Shown in pieces: positions 12,340 through 25,639 of a DNA stretch of 64,000 nucleotides. Every line of letters begins with the position of its first letter. The stretch's first letter is position 1. The position numbers were made by a program, and so were the translations under genes. This DNA is from Cycas panzhihuaensis (taxonomy: Eukaryota > Plantae > Cycadophyta): NCBI GenBank assembly GCA_023213395.1, contig CM041465.1:121651741-121715740 (forward strand), written 5' to 3'. Under the pieces are notes generated by a model. That model was given only the letters and a program-made list of their open reading frames with translations. It was not told where the DNA came from and did not search any database.

Positions 12340-15300
12340 TTGACAAGCTTAGTCAAAGGCTTACCATCTAACTATTCTAGTTTAACAACCCCGTTTTCAC
12401 AAATGTGAATGACCTTGTAAAGGCCTAACCACCTTATTTTCATTTTGCCTAGTTTCATTTTAAATTTACTATCATACAATAAAACTAAATCGTTTACCTT
12501 ATATTCTAGTCTTTTCAAATGTCGATCATGCCAAGCTTGACGTCTTCTTTTTTCTATCTGTAGTTCCCACAAGGCTTGAGCCTGTGCTTCATTCAATTTT
12601 AATAACTGAATCAGCCTCTGGTCGTAGGAAACATTTGCTTCCAACCTCAATTGTTGCAGTACTCTCAGACTTTCTAACTAGAATTCCAAGGGAACCACAA
12701 CTTCCAATCCATATACTAATTGAAACAGAGTATGTTTATGTGGCCTTTTCCTCATTGTTCGGTCTGCCTAAAGAACTGAATGCAATTTATCTGCCCAGTC
12801 TGTTCGATCCACATTGTAAATTTTCATCAAAGCTATCTTCAAGATTTTGTTGGTGTTTTCGACTTGTCCATTAGCTCTGGGATAGTATGGTGAGGATTTA
12901 CTGTGCTGTATCAAGAACTCCGAAGCCAAATGTTTTATTGTTTGATTCAGAAAACTTTCTCCTTGATCTGATACTATCTCTAAGGGGCAGCCAAATCTAA
13001 CTGTAATTATCTCATATAGAAACCGAGCTGTACTTCTAGCATCACATTTCTTCATAGGTTTGGCTTCCGTCCATTTTGTCAAAAAGTTCATAGCCACTAG
13101 TATGTATCTTGCATTGGTTTTTCAAGCCGGAGGACTAAGTGGTCCCACAAAGTCTAGTCCCCATTTTTCAAATGGGGCTTGGGCTAGTATGGGATGTAGG
13201 GGTAAATAATTTCTCTTAGAGGGCTTACCCGTTCATTGGTAAATATCACAAGTCTTTACCAAATTTTCAGCATCCTTGAACAAGGTTGGCCACCATAATC
13301 CTACTAGTAAGATCTTTTGTGTTGTAGCCTCACTTCCGTGCTGGGTTGAGGTTGCTCCTTCGTGAGCTTCTCTTAGTACTATTTGTGCTTCATGTTGTAA
13401 TATGCATCTCTATAACACTTCATCTGGTCCCATCTTATATAACATGCCACCTATTAGCTGGACGGGAAAGGCTTTCTTAATAAAACTTCTCCTTTCTGCC
13501 TTTTCTAACCCCTTAAGTGTTTGTACTGTGGATAAATATTTTGCGATTCCCTCGTACCATGATGGTACAGCTTCAATAGAAAATAATTTATGGTCCGAAA
13601 AATCATCAAATATCCCAGTACTTAGTTCTCCTTCCTTTATTCTAGAAAGTTGATCTAGTATCACGTGCTTATCTCCTTTTTTCACCACAATTTTAAACAT
13701 AAATTCTTGGAAGAGCATTAACCAGCGACTAATTAATTAAATATTGCAAAGCTTGATGATCAACAAAGAACACAAAGGGGTTAGCCAATAAATAATGCCG
13801 AAATTTTTGCAAAGCATAAATCATGCTAAGTCCCTCTCATTCTGAAACTGTATAGTTGCATTGGGCCAACGTCAATTTCCAGCTTGTAAATGTGACGGGA
13901 AGATCAGTTTTTTCATCAACAGGTTGTGCTAACACACATTCGACAACATACAACGAGGCATCCAGATGCACATGGAATGATTTGTTCGATCAGAATCGAG
14001 CGAGGGCTTCCACTCTCTTCCTTTTCAAAACATCAAAAGCCAATTGTTGTCTTAACATCCATTCCCATTTCTTTGCTTTTTTCAACAATGATTCCAAGGG
14101 ATAGGCAATTTGAGCATATCCTCTTATAAATTTTCAATAATATTCGGTCATCCCCAAGAATCCCTTCAAATTCTTTGTGTTTTGAGGAATTGGAAAATTC
14201 AAAATCACCTCCACCTTTGCTGGGTCTGTCATCAATCCTTCTTTTGAGACAATGTGGCCTAATAAAGACCCCAATGGCACCATAAAGGTACATTTGTCTG
14301 GATTTAGACATAATCTACTTTTCCTACACATTTCCAACGTTAGCCTTAACTGAATCAAATGATTTTTTAATAGACTATACAAAGTCTAATCATCCAAGAA
14401 TACTTCAATTGCCCTCCTTATCAATTCTAGAAAAATGTTTAAAATTATTCTTTGAAATGTAGTTGGGGCATTAGTCAGCCCAAATGATATTGCTCGGTAC
14501 GTATAAGTGCCCTATTCTATGACAAATGTTGTCTTCAATTGATCTTCAGATGCTATTTGGACCTAATTATATCCACCGAATCCATCAATGAAAGAAAATA
14601 CTTCGTGTCCTACAACTTTGTTCAATATATCTTCTGTGAAAGGGATTGGAAATGAGTCTTTCTTTGTGGCTTTATTCAAAGCCCTGTAATCGACACATAC
14701 ACGCAATTTCCCATTCTTTTTAGGTACCAGCACAACTGGGCTCACCACTCACTATTTTCTACCTCAAAAATTTATCCTGTCTCTAGCAATTTATCCAATT
14801 CTGCTTTTACTTGCTCCTTATATCAAGGGTTCACCCTGTAAGGTCTCTACCTTATTGGTTTTGTATTTTCCATCAATTCAATTTTGTGCTCTCCTAATTC
14901 AGGGGGAATCCCCTTTAGGTCCTTATAGGACCATGCAAAAATGTCTCTATATTCAGAGAAAAGTTACATTTTCTTTGCATTATTTCTGGTTCCCAATATT
15001 CTCCTAATTTTATCCACTTAGGATCTTTTTCTGTTCCAACATTAATTTGTTTTAGTTGGAGCTCTTTCCTTTGAATGGTTTTCCTATTTGGCCTTAATTC
15101 ATAGGTCGGAGTTTGGCAGATTTCCTTTTGACCATATTCTAAAACATAATATGTCGGAGGAAAATTTCGTGCTTCATCTTGTTTATGCATTTGATAACAA
15201 CTCATTTCCCTAGAAGAAGGAATGCTTTGTTGTTCCTCTGAACCTTTCAACAATTTAATATGTGCAGGAATTTTGGACAAACATTTTTCTACTACTAATT

Positions 15301-17750
15301 TATTCCTTGGAAACATTCTAATCAAATCACAACCGTATATTTGTTTATTGGCAGGCAACAAATACAAGTAATCATCTTGTTTATTATTAGGGAAAAAATC
15401 TTTTACATAATTTTTTGTTCCTCCCCTTTTGGCATCTTGAGGTACAAAATTACCTATGTTGCCTTGATCCTTCTGTTGCTCATCCGAGCACAGCTCCAAT
15501 TGATAGCAGTTCGAAGATGCACCTCTTATTTCTTCCCACGTTGTTTGCAGCCAGTCCAACAAATAAGTTGATGATGCTTCACTAGGAAGATGAGGAGGAG
15601 TTTTTAATGCTTGAAATGTTGTTTCTGAACAGGGATTGACTGTGGTGGTTGATGTAATTGTAGTTGTAGATGTTGTATCTACATCTTTTATTTGAGGCCC
15701 ATCCTAACAAAGGGGTAAAACTACTTTCTTTCCTGTAGTGTGCAAGGTGAAAGTTAATTTTCCCCAATCTTGTAATGTTTCCGTTGCAAGTAACCATGGT
15801 CTTCTTAGAAGAGCTAGATAAGTCTTATTGTGATCTTTCATCCTTACAATTGCAAAATCTAGGCAGACTGTAATTCCTGCAACTATAACTGGAATATTCA
15901 GTAGGGTCCCCATTGGTCTTACTTGCAATTGGTTGGCCAATCTTATTTCTTAATCTGGGGAAACCATCTCTGGCCGTCCCAAAGAAATCCAGGTGGTTTC
16001 TGGGAGTACATTCACTCCTGACCCACCATCTACAATAGTTTTGCAAATTATCATACCAAAAAGGGTCATAGGAACCCTAGGATCAATTGAATTAGTCTTC
16101 AATGCCCACAACACAAGTTTTTCAATATGGTCTAGGATTCCTTGTTGAAAATAGCCAGCCTCCCACCATTTAAAGATGATTGAGATAGGGATGGAAATAC
16201 CTATTTTTGTCAGCAATTTCTTCATTTCCTGCATCTTCTACTAAGGATTCTTCTTGAATTGTTCCCCATGAAACGTTGTTCGTCTTTGATAAACCTTACC
16301 TTTAAATCTATTGTCCTGGTTCATTTCTTCTTGCTGTACTATCTTTGTTGCTTCATGCAGGGCTTGCACAGCTTCTTACAATCTCTTCTTTTCTACTGCC
16401 GGATTAAGAAAATTTTATAAAACTGGTGTAGAAATGATTTTTCTGCTTCTTGTCTGGATATACACTAGTTGTTCTTTGTCTGGAACTTTTGTTGCCAAGT
16501 TAGAAATCTACACCTTCAAACTGGGATTCTTTGGGCAGTTTGCCCATTCATGGTTTGCCGGACCGCATTCTTCACAAATATAGTTTCCTTTTTGCTTTTG
16601 CAATGGATAGTCCATCCGAAAGTGCCCCCATCTCGAGCACAAATGGCAGCGAGCTGGTTTTGTTTTTCCTTTGTACTGTTTAAAGGAATTACCCTCTTTT
16701 CTTTGATAAAACGATTCCCTTACTGGTGTTCTATAATAGCATTCCCATGTATGGTGATTCCCTCTTTTGTAGATTTTGCACCATTTCCTTGCCACCATTT
16801 GTTGATGCTCATTCTTAAAATGCCCTGGTTGTCCACAGGGAGGAGGACACCATATATTTTCTCAAGATTTTCCTATCTTCAATTTAGCTAATTCTGTCCT
16901 CAGTTTTTAAATCTCTTCATTTTGTCGGCTTGTTCCAAGGAGCACAACCAAGGATTGTTGTTTTAACAATTCAATTTCTTTTTGCAAAACTTCTACTTCT
17001 GGATTTACCATCCATTAGGACATATTTGTTAAAGTCTGCCCAAAATTCTAAACTCTAGTTTGTAAATATCGAGTTTTCATTTGATTTTCAAACTGTAGAG
17101 TTAAGTCTTTGACTTGCTCATAGTTGTTCATTGGATGAAAGATAATCTTTTTTTTCAAATGAGGTAGCAACCCTTGTACAAAATACTTCAAAGATAACAT
17201 TGTGTTCATAGGTATAGAAGGATCCATTTTATTCATAATGATTCGAAGTCTTCCATCAAAATCATCAACAGACTCACCTGGTACCTGACGAATTTCCTCC
17301 AGGGCTTGGAAAATTGCCATCAGATCCCGCAATCACTGGAATCTATCCAAAAATTGCATCTGCACCATTTCCCATGTTGGGTTCACCGTCGCAATATACT
17401 GGTACTAGGCTATTGCTTCTCCTCGCAATGTTGAAAAAAATCATGCTTTAATTTCATCTGGATCCTTGATCTTCTTGATTTTCAACATATTAGAAAACAA
17501 AGCAAGGTGATCCCCAGGGTCTCCTGAGCCATTGAACTGCAAGTTCCCAAACATAGCATCGTTTTGAATTATTACATATGGAGGGTTTATGTGAATTCCT
17601 CCTGTTGAATTTCCTTGCACTGAGTTCGGCAATCCCACTGAAGCTGATCCACAATTTTGGTTGTTTGAATGCCCTCTCGATGAACCACTTATTCCTCCCA
17701 TCCCCTACTTTCCTACGTTCATGGGGGTATTACTCCTGCTTTCTGTCTAT
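12340..17750 (-). pseudogene. Gypsy gag-pol, degenerate
   Basis: Gag with CCHC knuckles (16508-17700), protease IVDGGSGVN (~16030), RT VPKKNGKLRVCVDYR, RNase H DAS, integrase IVSDQG and PYYPRANGQ. Confidence 0.93.
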
Positions 17751-18292
17751 CCTAGACTTCCTCCTACCAGCGCCGAACTCGAAATCATCTTTGCCATCTT
17801 GTTAAACAATGGATTTAGCATGAGAATGGGAATCCTTAACCTCTAATATGTGGCAGTGCCAGTCGATTGCTGTAGTGTTGTATACTTCTAGATTTATTGA
17901 TCGCCTCCTGTCCTCATTCACCTCTTCATTCTTTCCTTGGTCTTCTTCTCCCACATGCCCTTCTTGATTTTTTGTTTGAATTCATTGAACTTCTTTGCAA
18001 TTCTCTGTTGGGTGGTTTCGTCTCCCAGGGTTTTCTTTTTCCCCAATCTTTTCTTGCTCTCTTAGGGTTTGGCTTTCCTCTCCTCTACCATTTGCAGGCT
18101 TCCTCTTTGCCTTCCTCCTCTCTACGAGCTCTCTAGGTTTGCGGAAGCCTTCCTACGTTTTCTTGAGTTCCCAACACTAACTACGATTCTGTCTCGTCTC
18201 AACCTTTTTCAAACAATTGCTTCTTGGTGGCATGGACTAGATCCTTAGACCTTTCATTGTTGGCGATCTCTTTCGTTCTTCACTACAGGATA

Positions 18293-18308
18293 CCTGGCAA
18301 CGGAACCA
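18293..18308 (-). promoter_or_regulatory. Primer-binding site complementary to tRNA-Glu
   Basis: TGGTTCCGTTGCCAGG lies 1 nt from the 5' LTR; plant cytosolic tRNA-Glu ends ...CCCGGCAACGGAA-CCA as I recall it. Confidence 0.75.
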
Positions 18309-21300
18309 ATGTGTGCTCCTCAACCTTGCACTGGTCTATAGTCTACCATTCATACACAGAAATGCAACAAGCGCATACAAGGATTGGAGCATAGAAACCA
18401 AGCTTTCATTATGGGCATTGCATCTGGTCCTCTCACAATCAAACGCAGGCTAGAGTGGAGTACATAGGCCATTCAAGTGGCAAAATTGAGAACAAGAAGA
18501 GACACACAATCGTCTTTGATTGTCCCTATTTGTTACAATATACTCGGTTAAAGTAGTTTCGACCAACTAATTCTTAAGAATAATATAATTACATAATTCG
18601 TTTATTTATTCTCCGCTACTGCCCCCATGACGTCATTCCTGCCCAAGATACGTCACTACTGCCCGACTTGCACCAACGACTGTGTAGGTTGCACTTGTTG
18701 TCCTCCTGATCACACCTACTATCACCTTGGTTGCACCCGATGCCTATCTAGTTGCACCTAGTGTCTGTCTGGTTGCACCATCTGTTCCTTTATAACTGAT
18801 CTGTTGTTCCATTTGAAAATTCGTTGCTACTGTTGTGGCGGTCTTGATTGTGCTATGACTGTTCCCAGATATTCCATTGTTGCTGCTATTACTGGAGCTT
18901 ATTTTGCCACTCACAGAAGCTACCCTGTTACAAGCATAATGTGAAGTTGGCTCCAAATAAATTATTACAAGCCCAATTATATTAATATGAAGTCGACTCC
19001 AAATAGGCTTGTGAAGTAAGCTCTAAATATGCCCCAACTTATGGTTATAAATAAGGGAGCTCTAGTTAATTATTTTCATCTTTTGGAATTATTATTTTTT
19101 CATATTTCCATAATAGCTTAAAGCCATTGCAGCACTCCAATGCCTTGGAGGAACCATCACCTTGAAGAGGATTCATCATCTAATATTATCATATGTTGTT
19201 TTTGAATATTAATTGATTTATTTTCTATTGTGATTTTGATATTGTAGTGGGCATGCCACAGCTAGTATTAGAGCTAGATACATAGGGCCTTTGCACATTT
19301 AAATGTATCCATTACAAGAGACAGAGTTGGAATATTTTGTTGGTGTTTGTTGGAGTTGGAGTTATCCATTTGAATGTCAAAGGGCAAAGTTGAAGAGATG
19401 CTTGCCATTTAAGGACAAAATAATACCACAACTAGGATATAAAATCATGTTTCACCCCTCTTTGAATTGTTGATTATTGTGAACAAAAAAAATAGAAAAC
19501 TATGATATAAAGATGTGAGTTCCATTGAAGGACAAAAATTTTTACATGTTGGAAAGCATCTGTGTTTATTGAAAGAGCCTGTTTGAATGCATCTCAAAGG
19601 AGAAGGCATTCTTGAAAAACTCATATGTTTTGAAGGCCTATGAAGAGCAATCTAGAATGAAATCCTATTATGTGATTAAAGAGGTCACTATATGACTATG
19701 TGATTAAAAAGAGATCTCTATATTGTCCCTCCATTCACTATGCAAAGTAAAACTATGGGATGTGCCTTCCCTTCACTATGTTCAGGAAAGGTTTAACGTC
19801 CATTGACCACATGACTGTTAATACAGGGATGTGATTCATGTTAGATCTCTATTGTAGGCTCTATGGTATTCTATTGCTTCTATCTTGATTTGTCTTAGAT
19901 GGATCTGAGCTCTTCATCCTATCATAGGAACATTCTATGTTGATGATCCTCTTCGTCCATAATCGAGGGAGTTATGCTAGTCATGAACAAGCAGGGCCTT
20001 TGGGTGTTGGAGATCCATCCCTTTGCATCGAGCAATAACTTGAACCAAGTGTTTGGTCGTCAGTCAACTTGTTGCAATTGCAACACCTCATTGAATGTGT
20101 TGTAGTAACCCCCTCAATCTCATATTAAATGCATTGGAGTTTGTGTTGAGCTACCAAGCATTATGCAGGAGCTATTATTGAGGAGAAGAATGCAGGAAGA
20201 TTCTAAGTGACCTTGGGGAGGATTGTCATACCAATAAGCATAGGTATTTGAAATCCATAGATTTTTGGAGTTTGATACAATAAGGAGCTTCACCTCTGAG
20301 TATTTTTCTATGAAAGTGTTTCATTCACTACCCTACCAAGTAGCTTGTTCGAAAGATGCTTAGTTCAAATTCATCCACGTGATCGTTGGATGCCATTCCA
20401 TGTTGTATTCACCTTTGAAGCTCGTCGTTCATCAATCCATTTGGAAGTGTTTGAGCAAAGTTTCTAGTGCCAAATTGACTCTGTAAAATGATTTCTTTAG
20501 TGACTTTGCAAGCCAAATTTGTGGGCAATTCAGATCTGCAAGGAGCTTCAAAATCACCACAAATCGCTTCTGTGTCTCTTCAAAATTGCCAAAAATTTGC
20601 ATTAGTTGTCGCATATCACATGCCAAATATATATTTTTTGAAAAATCATAGTTTGATGCGTCTTCCTCGATTTTTGTTAGAAGATTACCTCTTCACACAT
20701 CTTTGGGAGGTGGAGTAAAACTAATAGTATAGGATCTACTATGGATCATACTAAAATAGTGGAGAAGCTTGTTTCTTGCTAATTATGAGGTATATGCAAT
20801 TAAGGACATAGATTGAGGAGAATCTATATACCCCTCTTAAAGTCTTGCAAGACTCGAGAGTTGCGATCAACTTCAATGACCATACCAAATTTTTTTACAA
20901 ACATTTGGAGATATTTAACCCAATTGGAATTTAGTTTGAAGTCCACTAGCCTCCTATCTTCTAGCTGGACGTTCTATGGAGAGAGCATATGACTAGGTGC
21001 TTAAGCCTTAAAGGGGTAAACCCCAATCTATTTTCAATTTGTGACATTTTAGGAGCAAGGTGTGCATTTCTTGGGATAACTTTTGCTAATTCAATTCTAT
21101 CTGATCTACTAGAATCTTGGTTCAAAAATCTTTGAAATGAGTTATCACATGAGCATTTTATATATATATTTGTTAGAGAAATTGCTATTTGAAGCTACAT
21201 GCAAGAATTTAAGGAGACTAGTAGTTAGTGTGGATTGAACCATTCAAAATGTCTAACAACATGCAAATTACCTGAGAACATCTTGTGGATTTGGTAACCA

Positions 21301-22439
21301 CCTTAAAAATTTCCTTGTAAAACTAAGGGGATTTCATCAAAAAATGACCCCAAATAGGAAATTGGAGAAGTAGCACAAGTGCACAGACAATATGAGGATG
21401 CAGGAGCTTAGGAGTAAGATAAGGAAGTCACAGTCAAAGAAGACATGGCAAAGCAAATTGCTTCAGATGATGAACAACTTATGTAGGAGCAACATGAACC
21501 CATTAACGAGTAATCAAAAGAGGATCCAATGGTGATAGAAGAATTTGAGGAGCGGTCTAAAGAAGAACATAAGCAATTCGAGAAAGAGTCCAAGCAATCA
21601 AGCAAATCCAACAAGGTATTCAACATAGTTCCTGATCCTATTTTGTACATGTCCATTTCCTTTGGTAATTTTATTGTTTTGCTTGAACTTCCCCATACCA
21701 TTACTTTAAAAGTTCCTCTACTCCATATCCAAAAATATTCCATAGTTGATTTAATACCTAAATCCAATGATTCCTAATTTTTCGTAGGAGAAACATTGGT
21801 CTCACTTTAGTCCCGTCATCTTGGTTCCAATTCTCACCTAGTTTTATCCATTAAGAAATCTTCTTCTGCACCTATCCTAGGACCCCTATCAAAACCCTTT
21901 TCCTATAAAGAATGTCTAGCACTAATCCCATATCCATCCATTATAGAATCTTTATCTCCTAAGATTGCTCATCTCTCCTATAGTATTCACTCTTCAATTC
22001 CCATCACATTTTCCTCCACAAACTATTCTTATTTATCTCTTATCCATTACCCTTCTAAGATCCTTAGTTGTCCAAACAATCCCTTGTTGGAATATAATGT
22101 TTAATGTGAGAGTCATTATGAATTGCAATTAAATGGTATTTAGTGGGTAGTTAGGTGGTTATATAACAACCATTAACAACCTTAAACCATGAGTTATATA
22201 TGTACACATTCGATTATTCAATAGATAAGTTAGTTTTTTTTTTTTTTTTGTAATGAGTGTGTGCATTTTTTCTGCATGGTATCAGAGCACGTTTGAGAGG
22301 TAGCCATGCTCATACTACTTGAGATGGTACTTCTCAAACTTGGGATGTGATGACATCAAGTAGCTCAGGGATGTAGTGTTAGGTAAGCAAAAGGGTTCCA
22401 GTGAAGCTTTTCTCTTGGTAAAGGTTTGGGGCAACAGCA

Positions 22440-23153
22440 ATGGCTATAGAGGTTACGAGGTCGATTCCACAAAAGCATAACAGGGAGGCTAAAATCAAAC
22501 GTGAAGGCATGAAGAAGACAATGATCATAGTAGATGCTAAAGATATTATAAATTGTAATTCCAATGCAGGCTCAGGCTCATCTGAAGAGGAAGATAAAGA
22601 AGCAGATGAACGTTTATTTGCAGAAGAAGAAGAAGCAACTTCTAGAAGTAGTGAAAAAGAATATGCAGAACCTTCTAAAAGGTTGAGCAAGGTGGAGAAG
22701 GAAAGTTCTAGAAGCATCGGCAAGGAAAACGAAGAGGAAGAAGGTTATGCTGACAGCAGTGAAGAAGAAGACAACAATGAAGAGGAAGGCATTGTCATTG
22801 ATAGTGAATGGTGAACAGGGGAAGAATCGATTTGTCGAGGGCTCCAATGCATTTTGTGTTGCATTTTCCAAAATTATGGAAAAGAAAGTTTTAGGCGATG
22901 CTTTGGGGCTTGTTTTGTCTACACACAAGAAACTTATTGCAAAGAAGCTAGCGAGCTCAAGGTTAAGAGTGAGGCTAAGAAAGAGAAGTGCTTGCTTAGA
23001 GAAAAGGATCATGTGAAGCCAAAAAGCTTCTTGGATGCAAAGGAAAAATCTCTTATTAGGTTGGCAACCAAAGGAGTTGTGAAATTATTTAATGCGATTA
23101 GCAAGGCACAAAGTGTTTAGGCTGGTTATGACATTTCAAAGTCACAGGATGCT
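22440..23153 (+). pseudogene. RRP15: Captured RRP15-like ribosome biogenesis gene fragment
   Basis: Acidic N-terminus, AFCVAFSKIM..VLSTHKKL and EKSLIRLATKGVVKLFNAISKAQ (Rrp15p signature); frameshifted. Confidence 0.88.
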
Positions 23154-23327
23154 TGTTAGGAGTTTGAAGGATTTTTATTGCAGTATCTCAACAAAGTCTA
23201 GGGGACTCAAATAATTGACGGTGGGTAAAAATTGAAACCATAATGCAATGAAAGATTTAGACCCCCTGCCTCCATAACTGTGCAGAGAAACGAACAAGGA
23301 ACACTGCCTTAAGAGAAAGCAAAGACT

Positions 23328-23649
23328 AGGAAGGAAGCAATTGATGAGATATTCTTCAAGAAGAAGAAGAAAAGGGAGGAGATTACACCTCACGAGGCAC
23401 TAAGATGTCCTTTAGGGGATACAAAAAATAGTAATGTAGTCGGTGAGAAGGACACCAGGGGTTCAACTAATCCAAAACAAAAGAAAAAGAAGAAAAAGAA
23501 AGGAAACGAACGGCCTGATCCTCCACCATGCCCTACAAGGGAAAACCCATGATGCCTTTACAATTTACTCAACAGAGGAGATCGGATATAACAAGAAGGA
23601 TGTAGATGCCACCCCTCTCTGCCCCTTCGACTGTGATTGTTGTTTTTAA
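23328..23649 (+). pseudogene. Captured DUF1764-family gene fragment, including the stop codon
   Basis: AIDEIFFKKKK followed, after one frameshift, by KTHDAFTIYSTEEIG...TPLCPFDCDCCF*. Confidence 0.85.
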
Positions 23650-23815
23650 TGGGATTTTAGACAACCAGTTTTGCGCACAACATATGATCTATCCATTTTT
23701 GTCGCTTCAATGTTGATGGACACACAAGGAACACCGTCTTTGTGATCAAATTTCATTTTTGGCTATTGTGGAATTTAAATATATATTTGTGATTGAATAG
23801 TAAGGAGCAGGGGGG

Positions 23816-24400
23816 ATGGCTACCAAGGTCAACCTTCCCAATGGGGTTGTTGTAGAAGGGAAGCATTGTTATTCAATTTGGCACAGTACGTTCAAGATAG
23901 ACACCAAATACATGTCCATCAAGCCAATTGGGAAGGGTGCATATGAAATTGTGTGTTTGGATAAGAACATAGAGACCAACGAGAAGGTTGCAATTAAGAA
24001 GATTCCCAATGTCTTCGAGAATTAGACAGATGCCAGAAGAACCCTTTGCGAAATAAAGCTTCTTCGTCAATTGATGCACGACAATATTATTGCCATGAAA
24101 GACATCATGATACCTATTGGTCGGTCCACCTTCGACAATACTTATCTTGTCTATGATCTGATGGATACTAACTTGCACCAGATTATTAGGTCTTCTCAAG
24201 ACTTGACGAATGATCATTGCCAGTATTTTCTTTATCCGTTGCTTCAAGGCCTGAAGTATTTGCATTCTACCAATGTTTTGCGTAGAAACTTGAAGGCCAA
24301 TAATTTATTGTTGAATGCCAATTGTGATCTCAAGATATGTGATTTTGGCCTGGCTTGAACAAGTTGTGAGAAAGGATAGTTCATGATTGAGTAGTGGGTT
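23816..24400 (+). pseudogene. Captured group-C MAP kinase (MPK1/2/7/14-like), N-terminal ~195 codons
   Basis: MAT.V..PNG...GKH.Y..W...[21 protein letters not shown] and LKICDFGLA; ends at the activation loop; internal stops; no intron. Confidence 0.95.
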
Positions 24401-24591
24401 CACTTTTTCTATAAATTGTTTTTAATGCAAAATCTATTTTTATTGAATGGAAGGTTTTTGGTTCACTGATTTTTATGTTGATAGCAAAGGTATGTGTGCT
24501 TTGTGCCTCCATTGCTGCATTTAACAGTGGCCCTCAACTAAATATCTCCATTTTCGTTATCTTTAACGGAAAATAGTGTTGCATTTTATAG

Positions 24592-24853
24592 ATATCGAAG
24601 AATTCATGGGATCAAATGCCAAGCTTAGTGGCTTGGAAAAGCATAGCGTGGAGGTTGTGAGTAAGCATAACATGTCAGATGATTGTTGGCTTGTGATATC
24701 GAAAAAGTTTATGATGTTACTAAATGAATTCCTCATCATCCAGGAGGTAGCCTTATCTATGTGAGAGCTGGGAAAGATTGTACTCAACTTTTTGAATCAT
24801 ATCATCCACTTTATGTAAGGAAGATGTTGGGGTGCTACTGCATTGGAGAGGTC
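24592..24853 (+). pseudogene. Captured cytochrome-b5 domain of a front-end (delta-5-type) fatty acid desaturase
   Basis: SKHN..DDCWLVI / YDVTK*IPHHPGGSLIYVRAGKDCTQLFESYHPLYVRKML..YCIGE closely matches the moss/liverwort delta-5 desaturase N-terminus as I recall it. Confidence 0.85.
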
Positions 24854-24859
24854 AAATGG

Positions 24860-25228
24860 GTTGTAGATGAAGCAATGGCTATGATATTATGTCTTAAAAA
24901 TGAGAAGGCATCTATTGAGATTGAAACACAACAATACAAAAGAATGGTGGAAGAGAAAACAACTTATGATGAAGAAGCAATTAACATACTCAAGGAGATC
25001 ATGGTGAAGAGAGAAAGAGAGAAGGTTGCTCTAGAGAATGAAGTGAAAGGTTACTTATTGATAGAATTAACAAGTGGGAGAAAGGGCCACATACTAAGGC
25101 AAAGTATCACATGGATGAAAGCAACTCATTTTCACATGGAAGGGGGCAAAAGCTTGTGCTTCTCCTTGAAAAGAAAAATGAATGCCATGAAAACCAAGAA
25201 ACTGTTCCAGAGGGAAAGAATTTGTTGA
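24860..25228 (+). pseudogene. Captured GTD-binding/zein-binding domain (MyoB/FLOURY1-like) fragment
   Basis: DEAMAMILCLKNEKASIEIETQQYKRMVEEKTTYDEEAINILKEIMVKREREK. Confidence 0.9.
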
Positions 25229-25639
25229 GTATGCATACCGGGACTCACACTAGTAGATGAAAGTTCAAGTCAGTTACCACCCTACTTCCAATCTTTAGTA
25301 GGAACGATTGGGTTTTTCAATAGTTGCAAATAAAAGGATTTGAAGAATGCAAAATGCTGAGGTTTCATGGCAATGGAGAACGTACGCATTAGGCAGTAGG
25401 TCTTATTGAAACGCTTGCAACCAACATCTTTCCCCAAGGCTTCAATTGACATTCAAGCCTTTGTATGTACAGTTGGAGACACTACAAGGTGAATTTTAGC
25501 TTGAATTCAACTTTCAGGTAAATCTTGGTCCAAGGAAGGGGTAGCGGTGTAAGTTCATCTGTTAGTTGAGGTTCATGTCAGAACTAGACATTCAAGTTTT
25601 TGAAGCCTATGATTCATTTGTCAATGTAAATGTTGTTGA

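Larger units (their letters stand above)
7615..18915 (-). mobile_element. Full-length non-chromovirus (Athila-like) Ty3/gypsy LTR retrotransposon
   Basis: 606-bp LTRs at 7615-8220 and 18310-18915; TSD GAAGT/GAAGC; PPT-like tract at 8221; domain order gag-PR-RT-RH-INT; no chromodomain or extra RNase H seen. Confidence 0.93.

Noticed and set aside
22440-25228. Functional gene cluster or operon
   Set aside because: All five pieces are truncated and mostly disrupted by stops or frameshifts, functionally unrelated, and enclosed by LTRs with a TSD.
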